A DNA stretch of 64,000 bases from contig JAHJNW010000067.1 in the NCBI GenBank assembly GCA_018820665.1, forward strand, positions 18,969 to 82,968, given 5' to 3'. Positions within the stretch are counted from its first letter, which is position 1. Every line of letters begins with the position of its first letter. The notes below the pieces were generated by a model. That model was given only the letters and a program-made list of their open reading frames with translations, was not told where the DNA came from and did not search any database. Of this stretch, positions 1-9,529 are shown piece after piece. The position numbers and the translations under genes were made by a program. Origin of the DNA: Alphaproteobacteria bacterium. GTDB taxonomy: Bacteria; Pseudomonadota; Alphaproteobacteria; Caulobacterales; Caulobacteraceae.

Positions 1-402
1 GTCCTGGTCGGCGTCGCGCAGCAGGGTGATGCGGTTGCCGCTGTCGACCTGGGTGTTGCCCTGCTTCTTGATGAAGCCGGCGATCACGTCCTTGGGACGC
101 AGCGCCGGGGCGTGTCCTCCCCGGCCTTCGGCGACGAGGATGTCGCCGTTGGGCAGGACCAGCATCTGGCGGGGAATCTGCAGGTCAGTGGCCAGGGCGG
201 TGGCGGTGAAGCCGTCCGGCACGGTCGGGACCTCGTCGCCCCAGCCGATGGGCTCGGCGATCTTCATCGACGGTATCAGGGTCTCGCGGATGTCCGGAAT
301 GTCCGGCGAGGGTCCGGTCTGGTTCAGGTTCGGGTCAGAGCGGCCGCAGCCGGCGACCAAGGCGGCGAGGGCGACGGCGCCCATCCATGAAACGCGGCTC
401 AT
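1..402 (-). CDS. Sorbosone dehydrogenase / PQQ-dependent sugar dehydrogenase family lipoprotein (5' part, runs off the window)
   Basis: Manual translation from ATG at 402 (ATGA overlap with upstream stop): MSRVSWMGAVALAALVAGC (lipobox)...PTVPDGFTATALATDLQIPRQMLVLPNGDILVAE...NRITLLRDAD, typical of this family. Confidence 0.8.
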   Translation of the reverse strand, partial: MSRVSWMGAVALAALVAGCGRSDPNLNQTGPSPDIPDIRETLIPSMKIAEPIGWGDEVPTVPDGFTATALATDLQIPRQMLVLPNGDILVAEGRGGHAPALRPKDVIAGFIKKQGNTQVDSGNRITLLRDADQD

Positions 403-833
403 GGCGCGACCTCCCGCCCGCGGTTGGAAAAGGCGATCACACCGGCCGCGAGCGCCAGCAGAGTGCACAGAATGGACAGGATCAGGCCGAACGCCTCCAC
501 CGAGCTCCAGCCGTCCTGGCTGTGCTTGAAGGCGTTGATCAGGCCGAGAATCCACATGACGGCGAGGACGCCGGCGTAGATCAGGCGGGGCTGGCGCTCC
601 GTCCCGCGCCAGCCGAGCACCAGGGAGATCAGCGACCAGGCCAGAACCAGTCCGCCGAACACCAAGGCGCCGGCGATCAGCCAGGATGAAAAATTCGTCC
701 ACTGGATCTCGGAAGTCCGCAGATAGGCGATGTCCGAGATCAGGCCGCTGGCGAACAGGGCGATCGGAAAACTCAGCAGGATCGCATGAAGCGGATGCGG
801 CGCACCCGTGGTCAAATATCGCCTGTACGGCAT
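399..833 (-). CDS. DUF2231-like membrane protein
   Basis: HPLHAILLSFPIALF motif, about 4 TM segments, translationally coupled to the sorbosone dehydrogenase gene. Confidence 0.75.
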   Translation of the reverse strand: MPYRRYLTTGAPHPLHAILLSFPIALFASGLISDIAYLRTSEIQWTNFSSWLIAGALVFGGLVLAWSLISLVLGWRGTERQPRLIYAGVLAVMWILGLINAFKHSQDGWSSVEAFGLILSILCTLLALAAGVIAFSNRGREVAP

Positions 834-934
834 CGTATAGCCTCCCTGTCCGTGATCTCAGCCACAGGGCCAATCCATTGCCACCGGATTGGTTTCAATT
901 GGGACCGCGGCCAATCGCGCTGCGGACGCGGCGG

Positions 935-1975
935 CTATTCCGGCGGCGCCGTCGAATCGCGCACCACGAGGGAGGGGTCGACCGTCGGCTGCACAAGGGT
1001 CGCCGGGTCGAGGCCGCGCAGTCCCGCAGTCAGCTTCTCGGCCGCCATCCGGCCCATGTCGCGGATCGGCAGGCGGACGGTGGTCAAATTGGGCCAGACG
1101 CGCGAGGCCATCGGCAGGTCGTCGAAGCCGACGATCGACAGGTCGCGCGGCACATCGAGGCCGGCGTCGCGCGCGGCCTTCATGACGCCGATGGCCATCT
1201 CGTCATTGCCGGCGAAGATGGCGGTGGGAGGATTGGCCATGGCCAGAAGGCTCTGCGCCGCCTCGACCCCGGACTCGAAGGTGTAGGCGCCCTTGCGCAC
1301 ACAGTCGTCGTCGAGGGTCAGGCCGTGTTCGGCCAGGCCCTCGCGGAACCCCTGCCCCCGCTCGTACGATGAGCGGAAGGTGTCGGGTCCGGAGATGAAG
1401 GCGACCCGGCGATGGCCCAGCTCGGCCAGATGCCGCGCCGCCTGGGCCGCGCCGCGGCTGTCGTGTGTGACGACCATACAGGCGGGCTCGTCCAGCGACA
1501 CCGAGGCGATCCGCACATAGGGGCAATCCGCCTCCTTCAGGATGGCCACCACCCGGTCGTCCTCCGACACCGACGGCGGCATGACGACGCCGAACAGCTT
1601 CTGCCGCACGATGAAGCCGCGCACGTCGCTGAGAAAGCTGTCCGAGGCCCGGTTGCACGGGTGGACGACCAGCTCGAGGCCCGAACCGCGCACGGCGTCC
1701 AGCACGCCCTGCTGCATGTTGACGACGTAGTTGGGGCTGGGGTTGTCGTAGATCATCCCGACGAGGAACGACCGCCGGAAGGCCAGTCCCCGCGCCTGCG
1801 GATCGGGGCTGAAGCCGTGTTCGGCGATCACCGCCTCGACCCGCTTGCGTGTCTCCTCCTTGACGAAGGGGGAGTTGTTGATGACCCGGGAGACGGTCTT
1901 CTTCGACACCTCGGCGAGGCGGGCGATGTCGTTGATGGTCGCGGGCTTGCCGCCGGTCCGTCTGGGCTCGTTCAC
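935..1975 (-). CDS. LacI-family transcriptional regulator (probable hexuronate regulator)
   Basis: TINDIARLAEVSKKTVSRVIN HTH; PTAIFAGNDEMAIG and DLSIVGFDD sugar-binding domain; adjacent to the uronate genes. Confidence 0.93.
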   Translation of the reverse strand: MNEPRRTGGKPATINDIARLAEVSKKTVSRVINNSPFVKEETRKRVEAVIAEHGFSPDPQARGLAFRRSFLVGMIYDNPSPNYVVNMQQGVLDAVRGSGLELVVHPCNRASDSFLSDVRGFIVRQKLFGVVMPPSVSEDDRVVAILKEADCPYVRIASVSLDEPACMVVTHDSRGAAQAARHLAELGHRRVAFISGPDTFRSSYERGQGFREGLAEHGLTLDDDCVRKGAYTFESGVEAAQSLLAMANPPTAIFAGNDEMAIGVMKAARDAGLDVPRDLSIVGFDDLPMASRVWPNLTTVRLPIRDMGRMAAEKLTAGLRGLDPATLVQPTVDPSLVVRDSTAPPE

Positions 1976-2033
1976 GCGCGATCTCTCTGTCGAACGCTGT
2001 CTTAGACGGAACCGGCGGGGCTGTCAGCGGCGA

Positions 2034-3401
2034 TCAGGTGCCGCGTCGCGTCGCCGGGCGGTCCAGCACGTCGTCGCGCAGCGGCGTCATGAAACGCAGG
2101 TCCCAGTCGTCGGGATTGAACGGCTTGCGGGTCGCCTCGACGACGGCCGGATAGCCGCCAACCTCGCGCTCGTGGTCGATGATCTCGCCGCGCCCCTCGG
2201 CCACCTCGGCGATCAGCAGGACGTCGCGCATGTCGCGGTCCCATGGCCGGGCGCCGACATTGGCCAGCAAGGCGACCTGCAACTGTTCCGCGGGCATCGG
2301 CTCCAGCCCCTCCCACCAGACCGGCGGGCGGCGCATCTCGATGATTCGCGCCGGGCCGGTGGTGTAGCGGCCGAACATGCGCAGCGGCTCGCCGACCTGG
2401 TCGACGGCGATATTGTCGTGGCCGTAGTATTCCACGTCGCCGGCCCCGCCGATCATCATGAAGGCCAGATGGTCGGTCGGCGTCGACGGACCGGCGCGCA
2501 GGACGTTGCCGACCACCGACATCTTGCCGACCTCGAACGGCACGTCGCCCCACTCTTCCGGGGCGAGGTTGTAGTGGATGGCGCGCGGACCCGGATTGTA
2601 GATCAGGTTGTTGGCGATGATGCCGTGGACCCCGCCCTTGAACAGCGGGCTGCGCTCATAGTTGTGGGCGTACAGATTGCCGACGATCAGCAGGCCGGTG
2701 ACATTGTCGTGGATCAGCGAGCCCTTGGAATGCTCGCCCTTGGAATGGGTGGAATAGGCCAGGCTCTCGCCGTTCAGATTGTTGGAGAAGGTGACGTTGT
2801 GGCTGGTGCCGCGGCGCCATTCCTCCGGCGTCTCGCCCGTGAAGCGCGGGCCTGAGGCGGACAGGTTCTCGTCGGTGCCCCAGGTCAGGCTGCAGTGGTC
2901 GATGATGACATTGTGGGCGCCGACGGTGGCGATGCCGTCCTCGTCCCAGCCGCTCATCCATTCGCCGCCGGCCGAGCCGGGGCGGATGCGGATGTGCTGG
3001 ACGATGACGTCGTGGGCGGTGATGTCGATGCCGCCCTTGATCAGGGTGATGCCCGGCGACGGCGCGGTCTGGCCGGCGATGGTGATGAAGGGGTTGCGCA
3101 GCCGCAGGGTCTGCTTGCCCAGGTCGATGACGCCGCCGACCTCGAACACCACGATGCGCGGGCCATCGGCTTCGATCGCAGCGCGCAGGGAGCCGGGCCC
3201 CTCGCTGTCCAGATTGGTCACGCGGATAATCTGTCCGCCGCGCCCGCCGGGGGTCTGCGAGGCCCAGCCAAGGGCGCCCGGGAAGGCCGGCAGGGCCGCC
3301 TCGGTCGCGGCTGGAGCGGCGGTCTGGGCCACCGCAGCGGTCGGCGCTGTCAGGGGCAGTACGAGGGCGGCCGCGACGGCCGCGATACGGGCGAGGGTCA
3401 T
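2034..3401 (-). CDS. Secreted pectate lyase (PL1-like)
   Basis: Signal peptide; AFPGALGWASQTPGGRGG, VTNLDSEGPGSLRAAI, TIAGQTAP, NVIIDHCSLTWGTDE, RSP motifs. Confidence 0.88.
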   Translation of the reverse strand: MTLARIAAVAAALVLPLTAPTAAVAQTAAPAATEAALPAFPGALGWASQTPGGRGGQIIRVTNLDSEGPGSLRAAIEADGPRIVVFEVGGVIDLGKQTLRLRNPFITIAGQTAPSPGITLIKGGIDITAHDVIVQHIRIRPGSAGGEWMSGWDEDGIATVGAHNVIIDHCSLTWGTDENLSASGPRFTGETPEEWRRGTSHNVTFSNNLNGESLAYSTHSKGEHSKGSLIHDNVTGLLIVGNLYAHNYERSPLFKGGVHGIIANNLIYNPGPRAIHYNLAPEEWGDVPFEVGKMSVVGNVLRAGPSTPTDHLAFMMIGGAGDVEYYGHDNIAVDQVGEPLRMFGRYTTGPARIIEMRRPPVWWEGLEPMPAEQLQVALLANVGARPWDRDMRDVLLIAEVAEGRGEIIDHEREVGGYPAVVEATRKPFNPDDWDLRFMTPLRDDVLDRPATRRGT

Positions 3402-3481
3402 GTTTCCATCCTGTCACAGGGTCGCCTGTGGCCGCGACCTTCATCATGAGCGCCGTCGCGAGGACGTCGCCGGATTCAAAT

Positions 3482-3495
3482 TGACACCGGTTTCC
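3482..3495. promoter_or_regulatory. LacI-family operator TGACACCGGTTTCC overlapping a TTGACA -35 box
   Basis: Quasi-palindrome with central CCGG in the divergent pectate lyase/hydratase intergenic region; TTGACA at 3481-3486. Confidence 0.65.
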
Positions 3496-3530
3496 TTCCT
3501 GCGCAATGTCTGCCGTAACAGGGAGGCGGC

Positions 3531-4343
3531 GTGAGCCACGCACACGATAATTCAAGCGGTTCGCCGATTGCGCGGGCCTTTGTGGAGGCGCGGCGCGCCA
3601 GCCGGGCGCTGTCGCCGTATCCGGGCGCGCAGCCCGAATCGCTCGACGCCGCCTACCAGATTCAGGACGAGGCCATCGCCGCCTGGCCCGACCGCATCGC
3701 CGGCTGGAAGCTGGGCCGGATCAACCCGCCGCACGACGCCCGCTTCGGCGCCGGACGGCTGGCCGGACCGATCTTCTCGCATGCCGTCTGGACCGCCGGG
3801 GCGGAGCCGACGCGGTTCGATGTGATCGACGGCGGCTTCGCCGCGGTCGAGGCCGAATATGTGCTGGAACTGGGCGAGCCCGCGCCGGACCGCGACGACT
3901 GGACCGCCGCGACCGTCGCGCCGCTGGTCGCCCGCGTCTTCACCGGCGTCGAGATCGCCGGCAGCCCCTTCGCCGGCATCAACGACCACGGACCGGCGGT
4001 GACCGCCTCCGACTTCGGCAACAACGCCGGCCTGATCCTCGGGGCCGAGGTCGCGGACTGGCGGACGCGTCTCGCCGACCTGACCTGCACCATGACCATC
4101 GACGGCGCCGTGATCGGCAAGGGCGGCGCCGCCTCGATCCCCGACGGTCCGCTCGATTCCCTCGCCTTCCTGCTCAACCTGCTGCACCGCCGCGGCCGGC
4201 GGCTGGAGGCGGGCCAGTTGATCTCGACCGGCGCCGCCACCGGCGTCCACGCCATCCGCGCCGGACAGTCGGCGATCGCCGACTTCGGCCCCGACGGCCG
4301 CATCGAATGCCGGGCGGTTCCTGCCCAGGGAGAGACGCCGTGA
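3531..4343 (+). CDS. 2-keto-4-pentenoate hydratase-like FAH-superfamily protein
   Basis: AYQIQ, GWKLG, VEAE, GVEIAGS, SDFGNNAGL, GQLISTGAATG motifs. Confidence 0.8.
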   Translation: MSHAHDNSSGSPIARAFVEARRASRALSPYPGAQPESLDAAYQIQDEAIAAWPDRIAGWKLGRINPPHDARFGAGRLAGPIFSHAVWTAGAEPTRFDVIDGGFAAVEAEYVLELGEPAPDRDDWTAATVAPLVARVFTGVEIAGSPFAGINDHGPAVTASDFGNNAGLILGAEVADWRTRLADLTCTMTIDGAVIGKGGAASIPDGPLDSLAFLLNLLHRRGRRLEAGQLISTGAATGVHAIRAGQSAIADFGPDGRIECRAVPAQGETP

Positions 4344-5332
4344 CCGTGACGCGCAGATCGCTCGGCCTCGCCGGACTCGCCGGGCTGGGCCTCGCCGCCT
4401 GCGCCCCGCGCCCGACGACCGGCGGCCGCACCGTCTTCGACGCGGTGGACGTTCACCCCGGCGACTTCCCCACCGTCACCGCCGTCAAATGGATGGGCGA
4501 GGAACTGGGTCGCCTGACCGACGGCCGGCTGGGCGTCCGTCAGTTCCCGTCCGGCCAGCTGGGCTCGGAGGACGACTCCATCGGCCTGGCCCGCCACGGC
4601 GCCATCGACATGTGCCGCGTCGCCGTCGCGGCGCTGAACAACGCCTTCCCGGAAACCCAGCTGCTGGCCCTGCCCTATGTCTATCGCGACATCGCGCATG
4701 TCCGCGCGGTGGTGGACGGCGAGATCGGCACCGAGCTGCTGAACGTGTTCGAGAACCGCGGACTGGTCGGCCTCGCCTATTACGACGCCGCGCCGCGCTG
4801 CCTGTACAATGTCCGTCATCCGGTCGCCGAGCCCGGCCAGCTGCGCGGCCTGAAGATGCGCGCGCCGCAGTCGGATATCTTCCTCGACACCCTGCGCGCC
4901 ATGGGCGCCAATCCGACGCCGCTGTCGTTCGGCGCGGTGTTCTCGTCCCTGCAGACCCATTTGATCGACGGCGCCGAGAACAACTGGACGGCCTACCAGT
5001 CCAGCCGCCAGTACGAAGTGGCGCAGTTCTGGAGCCAGACCGAACACTCGTTCTCGCCCGACGCCCTGCTGATGTCGAAGGCCAGCTTCGACGCCCTGAC
5101 GCCGTCGGACCGGGAGCTGGTGCGCGACGTGGCCCGTCGTTCGGTGCAGGTCATGCGGAGCGAGTGGGACCGTCGCGAATCCGAAGCTCAAATCGCGGTC
5201 GTCGCCGCCGGCGTGCAGATCGCCGAGGTCGACAAGGCCGCCTTCGCCGCCGCGACCCGACCGGTGCTGGACAGATATCTATCCGAGCCGCGCCTGCGCG
5301 CGCTCCACGAACGTATCGCAGCGGTCGCCTGA
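4340..5332 (+). CDS. dctP: TRAP transporter substrate-binding protein DctP (twin-Arg, lipobox)
   Basis: GTG start overlapping upstream stop; TRRSLGL...LAAC; FPSGQLGSE, LRGLKMR, MGANPTPL, LIDGAENN. Confidence 0.9.
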   Translation: MTVTRRSLGLAGLAGLGLAACAPRPTTGGRTVFDAVDVHPGDFPTVTAVKWMGEELGRLTDGRLGVRQFPSGQLGSEDDSIGLARHGAIDMCRVAVAALNNAFPETQLLALPYVYRDIAHVRAVVDGEIGTELLNVFENRGLVGLAYYDAAPRCLYNVRHPVAEPGQLRGLKMRAPQSDIFLDTLRAMGANPTPLSFGAVFSSLQTHLIDGAENNWTAYQSSRQYEVAQFWSQTEHSFSPDALLMSKASFDALTPSDRELVRDVARRSVQVMRSEWDRRESEAQIAVVAAGVQIAEVDKAAFAAATRPVLDRYLSEPRLRALHERIAAVA

Positions 5333-5369
5333 ACGACCGCGCACAACTCGGCGCTCAGGGAGGGCCCGA

Positions 5370-5882
5370 ATGTCTGAATCCCGACGCGGACCCGTCCGCG
5401 CCCTCGATGGTCTGGCGAGCCTCGCCCTTGGTCTGGCGGGGGTCGCCCTCGTGGCCATGGCGCTGGTCCAGGCGTGGCAGGTCTTCGCCCGCTATGTGCT
5501 GAACGACAGCCCCGGCTGGACCGAGCCCCTGGCCCTGTTGCTGATGAGCTTCGCCGTCATGTTCGGCGCCGCCGTGGCCGTGCGCCGCGAGACCCATTTC
5601 GCCTTCCAGACCTTCCGCGACGCCGCCCCGGCCCGGGCCCGCTGGGTGCTGAAGTCAGTCTCACGCCTGATCGCCGCCGCCTCGGGCGCAGGGCTGATGG
5701 TGCTGGGCGGGACGCTGATGATCGACGAGTGGCCGGTGGCCATGGCCGGCGCGCCCCTGCCGTCGGGGCTGAAGTTCGCCGGCCTGTGCATCGGCGGGGC
5801 CCTGATCCTGCTGTTCTCGATCGAACGCCTGCTGACCGGCGACTATCTCGCGCCCGATGCGCCCACCGAGGCGGAGGACTGA
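5370..5882 (+). CDS. dctQ: TRAP transporter small permease
   Basis: QVFARYVLNDSPGWTE motif, 4 TM, between dctP and dctM. Confidence 0.9.
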   Translation: MSESRRGPVRALDGLASLALGLAGVALVAMALVQAWQVFARYVLNDSPGWTEPLALLLMSFAVMFGAAVAVRRETHFAFQTFRDAAPARARWVLKSVSRLIAAASGAGLMVLGGTLMIDEWPVAMAGAPLPSGLKFAGLCIGGALILLFSIERLLTGDYLAPDAPTEAED

Positions 5883-5884
5883 GC

Positions 5885-7165
5885 ATGGAATATCTCATCC
5901 TCTTCGGCCTGCTGGCCATCCTGCTGGCCATCGGCGTGCCGGTCGCCTTCTCCCTTCTGGCCGCCACCCTGGCGACGGTGCTGTACCTGGCCCTGCCGCC
6001 GATCGTGGTGTTCCAGCAGATGGGGTCCGACATCACCTCGGTGGCCCTGCTGGCCATTCCCCTGTTCATCTTCACCGGCGAGCTGATGATGAAGGGCGGC
6101 CTGTCCGACCGGATGATCGCCCTCGCCTCCTCCATGGTCGGCCATGTGCGTGGCGGCCTCGGCCAGGTCACGGTGGTCGGATCGACCCTGTTCGGCGGCG
6201 TCTCAGGCAGCGCCATCGCCGACGTCTCGGCCATCGGCGGCACCATGATCCCGCAGATGCAGAAGCGCGGCTATGACGCCGACTACGCCGTCAATGTCAC
6301 CATCTCGGCGGCGCTGGTGGCCCTGCTGGTGCCGCCGTCGCACAATATGATCCTGTACTCGGCGGCCGCCGGCGGCGGGGTGTCGATCTCGGACCTGTTC
6401 GCGGCCGGCATCATCCCGGCCATGTTGCTGGCGGCGGTGCTGATGGTCACCTCCTATGTCGTCGCCCGCCGGCGCGGCTATGCGGCTGAGGCCTTCCCCG
6501 GCTTCCGCGCCATCCTGACCCGGCTGGTCGCCGCCATCCCCGGCCTGCTGCTGGTCGGAATCATCTTCACCGGCATCCGGCTGGGCGTCTTCACCGCCGT
6601 CGAGAGCGCCTCGATCGCCGTCGTCTACGCCACGGTCGTCACCGGCCTGGTCTATCGCCACATGAGCTGGGCCGCCTTCAAGGAAGCCTGCCTCGGGGCC
6701 GCGCGGACTTCGGGCATGGTGCTGTTCATCATCGGCTGCGCCGGGGCCTTCGGCTGGCTGATGGCCTATATGCAGGTGCCGGTCATGATGGTCGATCTGC
6801 TGCAGACCCTGACCGACAATCCCATCCTGATCCTGCTGCTGATCAACGTCATCCTGCTGGTCCTCGGCACCTTCATGGACATGGCCCCGCTGATCATCAT
6901 CTGCACGCCGATCTTCCTGCCGGTGGCCAAGGCCTTCGACGTCGACCCGGTCCAGTTCGGCGTCATCCTGCTGCTCAACTGCGGCATCGGCCTGATCACC
7001 CCGCCGGTCGGATCGGTGCTGTTCGTCGGCAGCGCCATCGCCGGCATACCGATGACGCGCTCGCTGAAGACCATCTGGCCGTTCTGGCTGTCTTGCGCCG
7101 GCGTGCTGATGCTGGTCACCTTCATCCCGGCGCTTTCGCTGTGGCTGCCCTCGCTGATGAAATGA
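5885..7165 (+). CDS. dctM: TRAP transporter large permease
   Basis: ATG at 5885; LLAIPLFIFTGELM, GVSGSAIAD, GLITPPVG motifs. Confidence 0.93.
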   Translation: MEYLILFGLLAILLAIGVPVAFSLLAATLATVLYLALPPIVVFQQMGSDITSVALLAIPLFIFTGELMMKGGLSDRMIALASSMVGHVRGGLGQVTVVGSTLFGGVSGSAIADVSAIGGTMIPQMQKRGYDADYAVNVTISAALVALLVPPSHNMILYSAAAGGGVSISDLFAAGIIPAMLLAAVLMVTSYVVARRRGYAAEAFPGFRAILTRLVAAIPGLLLVGIIFTGIRLGVFTAVESASIAVVYATVVTGLVYRHMSWAAFKEACLGAARTSGMVLFIIGCAGAFGWLMAYMQVPVMMVDLLQTLTDNPILILLLINVILLVLGTFMDMAPLIIICTPIFLPVAKAFDVDPVQFGVILLLNCGIGLITPPVGSVLFVGSAIAGIPMTRSLKTIWPFWLSCAGVLMLVTFIPALSLWLPSLMK

Positions 7166-8271
7166 CCGACCGACTGGCGCCGCGCGGCGCCGAAGACTGC
7201 CGCTGGGACTGCGTCGCCCTGGGCGAAGTCATGCTCCGCCTCGACCCGGGCGAGGGCCGTATCCGCACCGCCCGGTCCTTCCAGGTCTGGGAGGGCGGCG
7301 GCGAGTACAATGTCGCCCGCGGCCTGCGCAAGACCTTCGGCCTGCGTACCGCGGTGGTCACCGCCCTGCCGCGCAACGAGATGGGCGCCTTGGCCGAGGA
7401 CCTGATCCTTCAGGGCGGCGTCGACACGTCCCACATCCTGTGGCGTGAGGCCGACGGCGTCGGCCGCAACACCCGCATGGGTCTGAACTTCACCGAGCGC
7501 GGCTTCGGCGTGCGTGGGGCGCTGGGCGCCTCTGACCGGGCCAATTCCGCGGCCTCGCAGATGCGGCCCGACGAGGTCGACTGGGACGCCCTGTTCGCCA
7601 GGCCCGAGGAGGGGGGCGAAGGCGTCCGCTGGCTGCACACCGGCGGCATCTTCGCGGCCCTGTCGGAAAGCACGGCCGAGACCACGCTCGCCGCCGTCCG
7701 CGCCGCCAAACGGCACGGCGTGGTGGTCAGCTACGACCTTAATTACCGCGCCAGCCTGTGGTCCAGCCACCCGGACCCGGACGCCGCCCGGCGCGTCAAT
7801 CGCGAGATCGCCGGCCTCGTCGACGTGCTGGTCGGCGACGAATACGCCTGGGCCTCCTGCCTCGGCGTCGAAACGGACAAGGCCCGCGCCGACCCGTGCG
7901 ACAGCCGCCCGTTCGACCGGCTGGTCCAGCGCCTCGCCGGCGACTTCCCCGATGTGAAGATCTTCGCCGCCACCCTGCGCGATCCGGTCTCCGCCTCGGT
8001 CAACCGCTGGGGCGCGGTGCTGTGGGCTGGGGGCCAACGGTACGAAGCGCCGGCACGCGAGATCGCCGTTCTGGACCGCGTCGGCGGCGGCGACGGCTTC
8101 GTCTCGGGGCTCGCCTGGGCCGTTCTGGCCGGGCTGGGCCCGCAGGCGGCGGTCGACTACGGGACCGCCCACGGGGCTTTGGCGATGACCACGCCCGGCG
8201 ACAACGCCATGACCTCGCTGGCCGAGGTCGAGGCGCGGGTCAGGGGCGGCGGGGCGGCCGCGGTTCGGTGA
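7162..8271 (+). CDS. kdgK: 2-keto-3-deoxygluconate kinase (PfkB family)
   Basis: ATGA overlap; LGEVMLRLDPG, GGGEYNVA, SYDLNYR, DRVGGGDGF motifs. Confidence 0.88.
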   Translation: MTDRLAPRGAEDCRWDCVALGEVMLRLDPGEGRIRTARSFQVWEGGGEYNVARGLRKTFGLRTAVVTALPRNEMGALAEDLILQGGVDTSHILWREADGVGRNTRMGLNFTERGFGVRGALGASDRANSAASQMRPDEVDWDALFARPEEGGEGVRWLHTGGIFAALSESTAETTLAAVRAAKRHGVVVSYDLNYRASLWSSHPDPDAARRVNREIAGLVDVLVGDEYAWASCLGVETDKARADPCDSRPFDRLVQRLAGDFPDVKIFAATLRDPVSASVNRWGAVLWAGGQRYEAPAREIAVLDRVGGGDGFVSGLAWAVLAGLGPQAAVDYGTAHGALAMTTPGDNAMTSLAEVEARVRGGGAAAVR

Positions 8272-8350
8272 GGACCGACGTCAGCGCGACCCGGCGGCCA
8301 TGGAACCAGCGAAATCCCGGAGGCCGTTGCGGCCGGACCGGAAGCAGACG

Positions 8351-9349
8351 TCAGGCGATGTCGTTACGCAAAGGATGCGCGCGCAGGTGCCATCGCCAGG
8401 CGGATTCAACGATCGACTGCAGGGAGGATCGCGTCGGCTGGAAACCAAGCCGCGCCTCGGCCAGGCCCGGATCAGCGACGAGTTGGACCGGGTCGCCTTG
8501 TCGACGACCGCCGGTCGGCGCGGCCATTGACCGACCGGTTACGCGCCCGATCTCGGTCAGCACCTCGCCCACGGAATAGCCGCGGCCCGCCCCCAGATTG
8601 AAGACGCCCCCGTCCGCGCCGCTCAGCAGGGCCGTCACCGCCCGCACATGAGCGTCGGCGAGGTCGCTGACATGGATATAGTCCCTGATGGCGGTGCCAT
8701 CCGCCGTCGGGAAATCGGAGCCGAAGACCTGAAAGTCATGGACATAGCCCTGCAAGGCCATGAGCGCTCGCGGAATAAGATGGGTTTCGACTTCGCGAAA
8801 CTCGCCGATCTCGGTCTCGGGATCCGCACCGGAAGCATTGAAGTAGCGCAAGGCGATGGCCTTCAAGCCATAGGCGGCCGCGTGGTCCCGCAGAATATCC
8901 TCGCACATGAGTTTTGACCGCCCATAGGCGTTCATCGGGCGGGTCGGATCGGTTTCTGCGATCGGCACTCGCTCAGGCTCGCCATAGACGGCCGCCGTGC
9001 TGGAGAAGACGATGGTGTTGCAGACGGCGCGCGACATCCCCTCCAGCAGCCCCATCAGCCCGCCGACGTTGGTCCGGTAGTAGATGGCCGGGTCGCTGAC
9101 CGACTCCCCGACGGACGACAGGGCCGCGAAATGGATCACGGCGCAGACATCATGGGCGAGGAGCGCGGCCTCCACCTGCGATGGATCACGCGTATCCCCC
9201 CGGACAAGCGGACCCCATTTGACGAACTCCGGCGAGCCGAGACTCAGGTTGTCAAAGGTGACGGGCGTATAACCGGCCGTTCGCAGCGCCTTGCAGGTGT
9301 GCGAACCGATGTAGCCGGCGCCGCCGGTCACGAGAACAGCCCGGGTCAT
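8351..9349 (-). CDS. galE: UDP-glucose 4-epimerase
   Basis: VLVTGGAGYIGSH, YGRSK, LRYFNASGA, DGTAIRDYIHVSDLA; start at ATG 9349. Confidence 0.93.
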   Translation of the reverse strand: MTRAVLVTGGAGYIGSHTCKALRTAGYTPVTFDNLSLGSPEFVKWGPLVRGDTRDPSQVEAALLAHDVCAVIHFAALSSVGESVSDPAIYYRTNVGGLMGLLEGMSRAVCNTIVFSSTAAVYGEPERVPIAETDPTRPMNAYGRSKLMCEDILRDHAAAYGLKAIALRYFNASGADPETEIGEFREVETHLIPRALMALQGYVHDFQVFGSDFPTADGTAIRDYIHVSDLADAHVRAVTALLSGADGGVFNLGAGRGYSVGEVLTEIGRVTGRSMAAPTGGRRQGDPVQLVADPGLAEARLGFQPTRSSLQSIVESAWRWHLRAHPLRNDIA

Positions 9350-9529
9350 GTCGTGCGCTCCGCAGAATAACGAGCGGCGATCTAGCCGCTCCCGCCCGGG
9401 CCCGCAAACCGTTGCGTGGGCGGGTGGACAATATGCAACTGACGGGCCGGCTCGAAGCCGCCGCACGGTGGCGGTTGCCTTCGCCGGTGGCGGGTGCGAT
9501 ATTTGGGCTGCACTGCCGAAAGATGCTTC

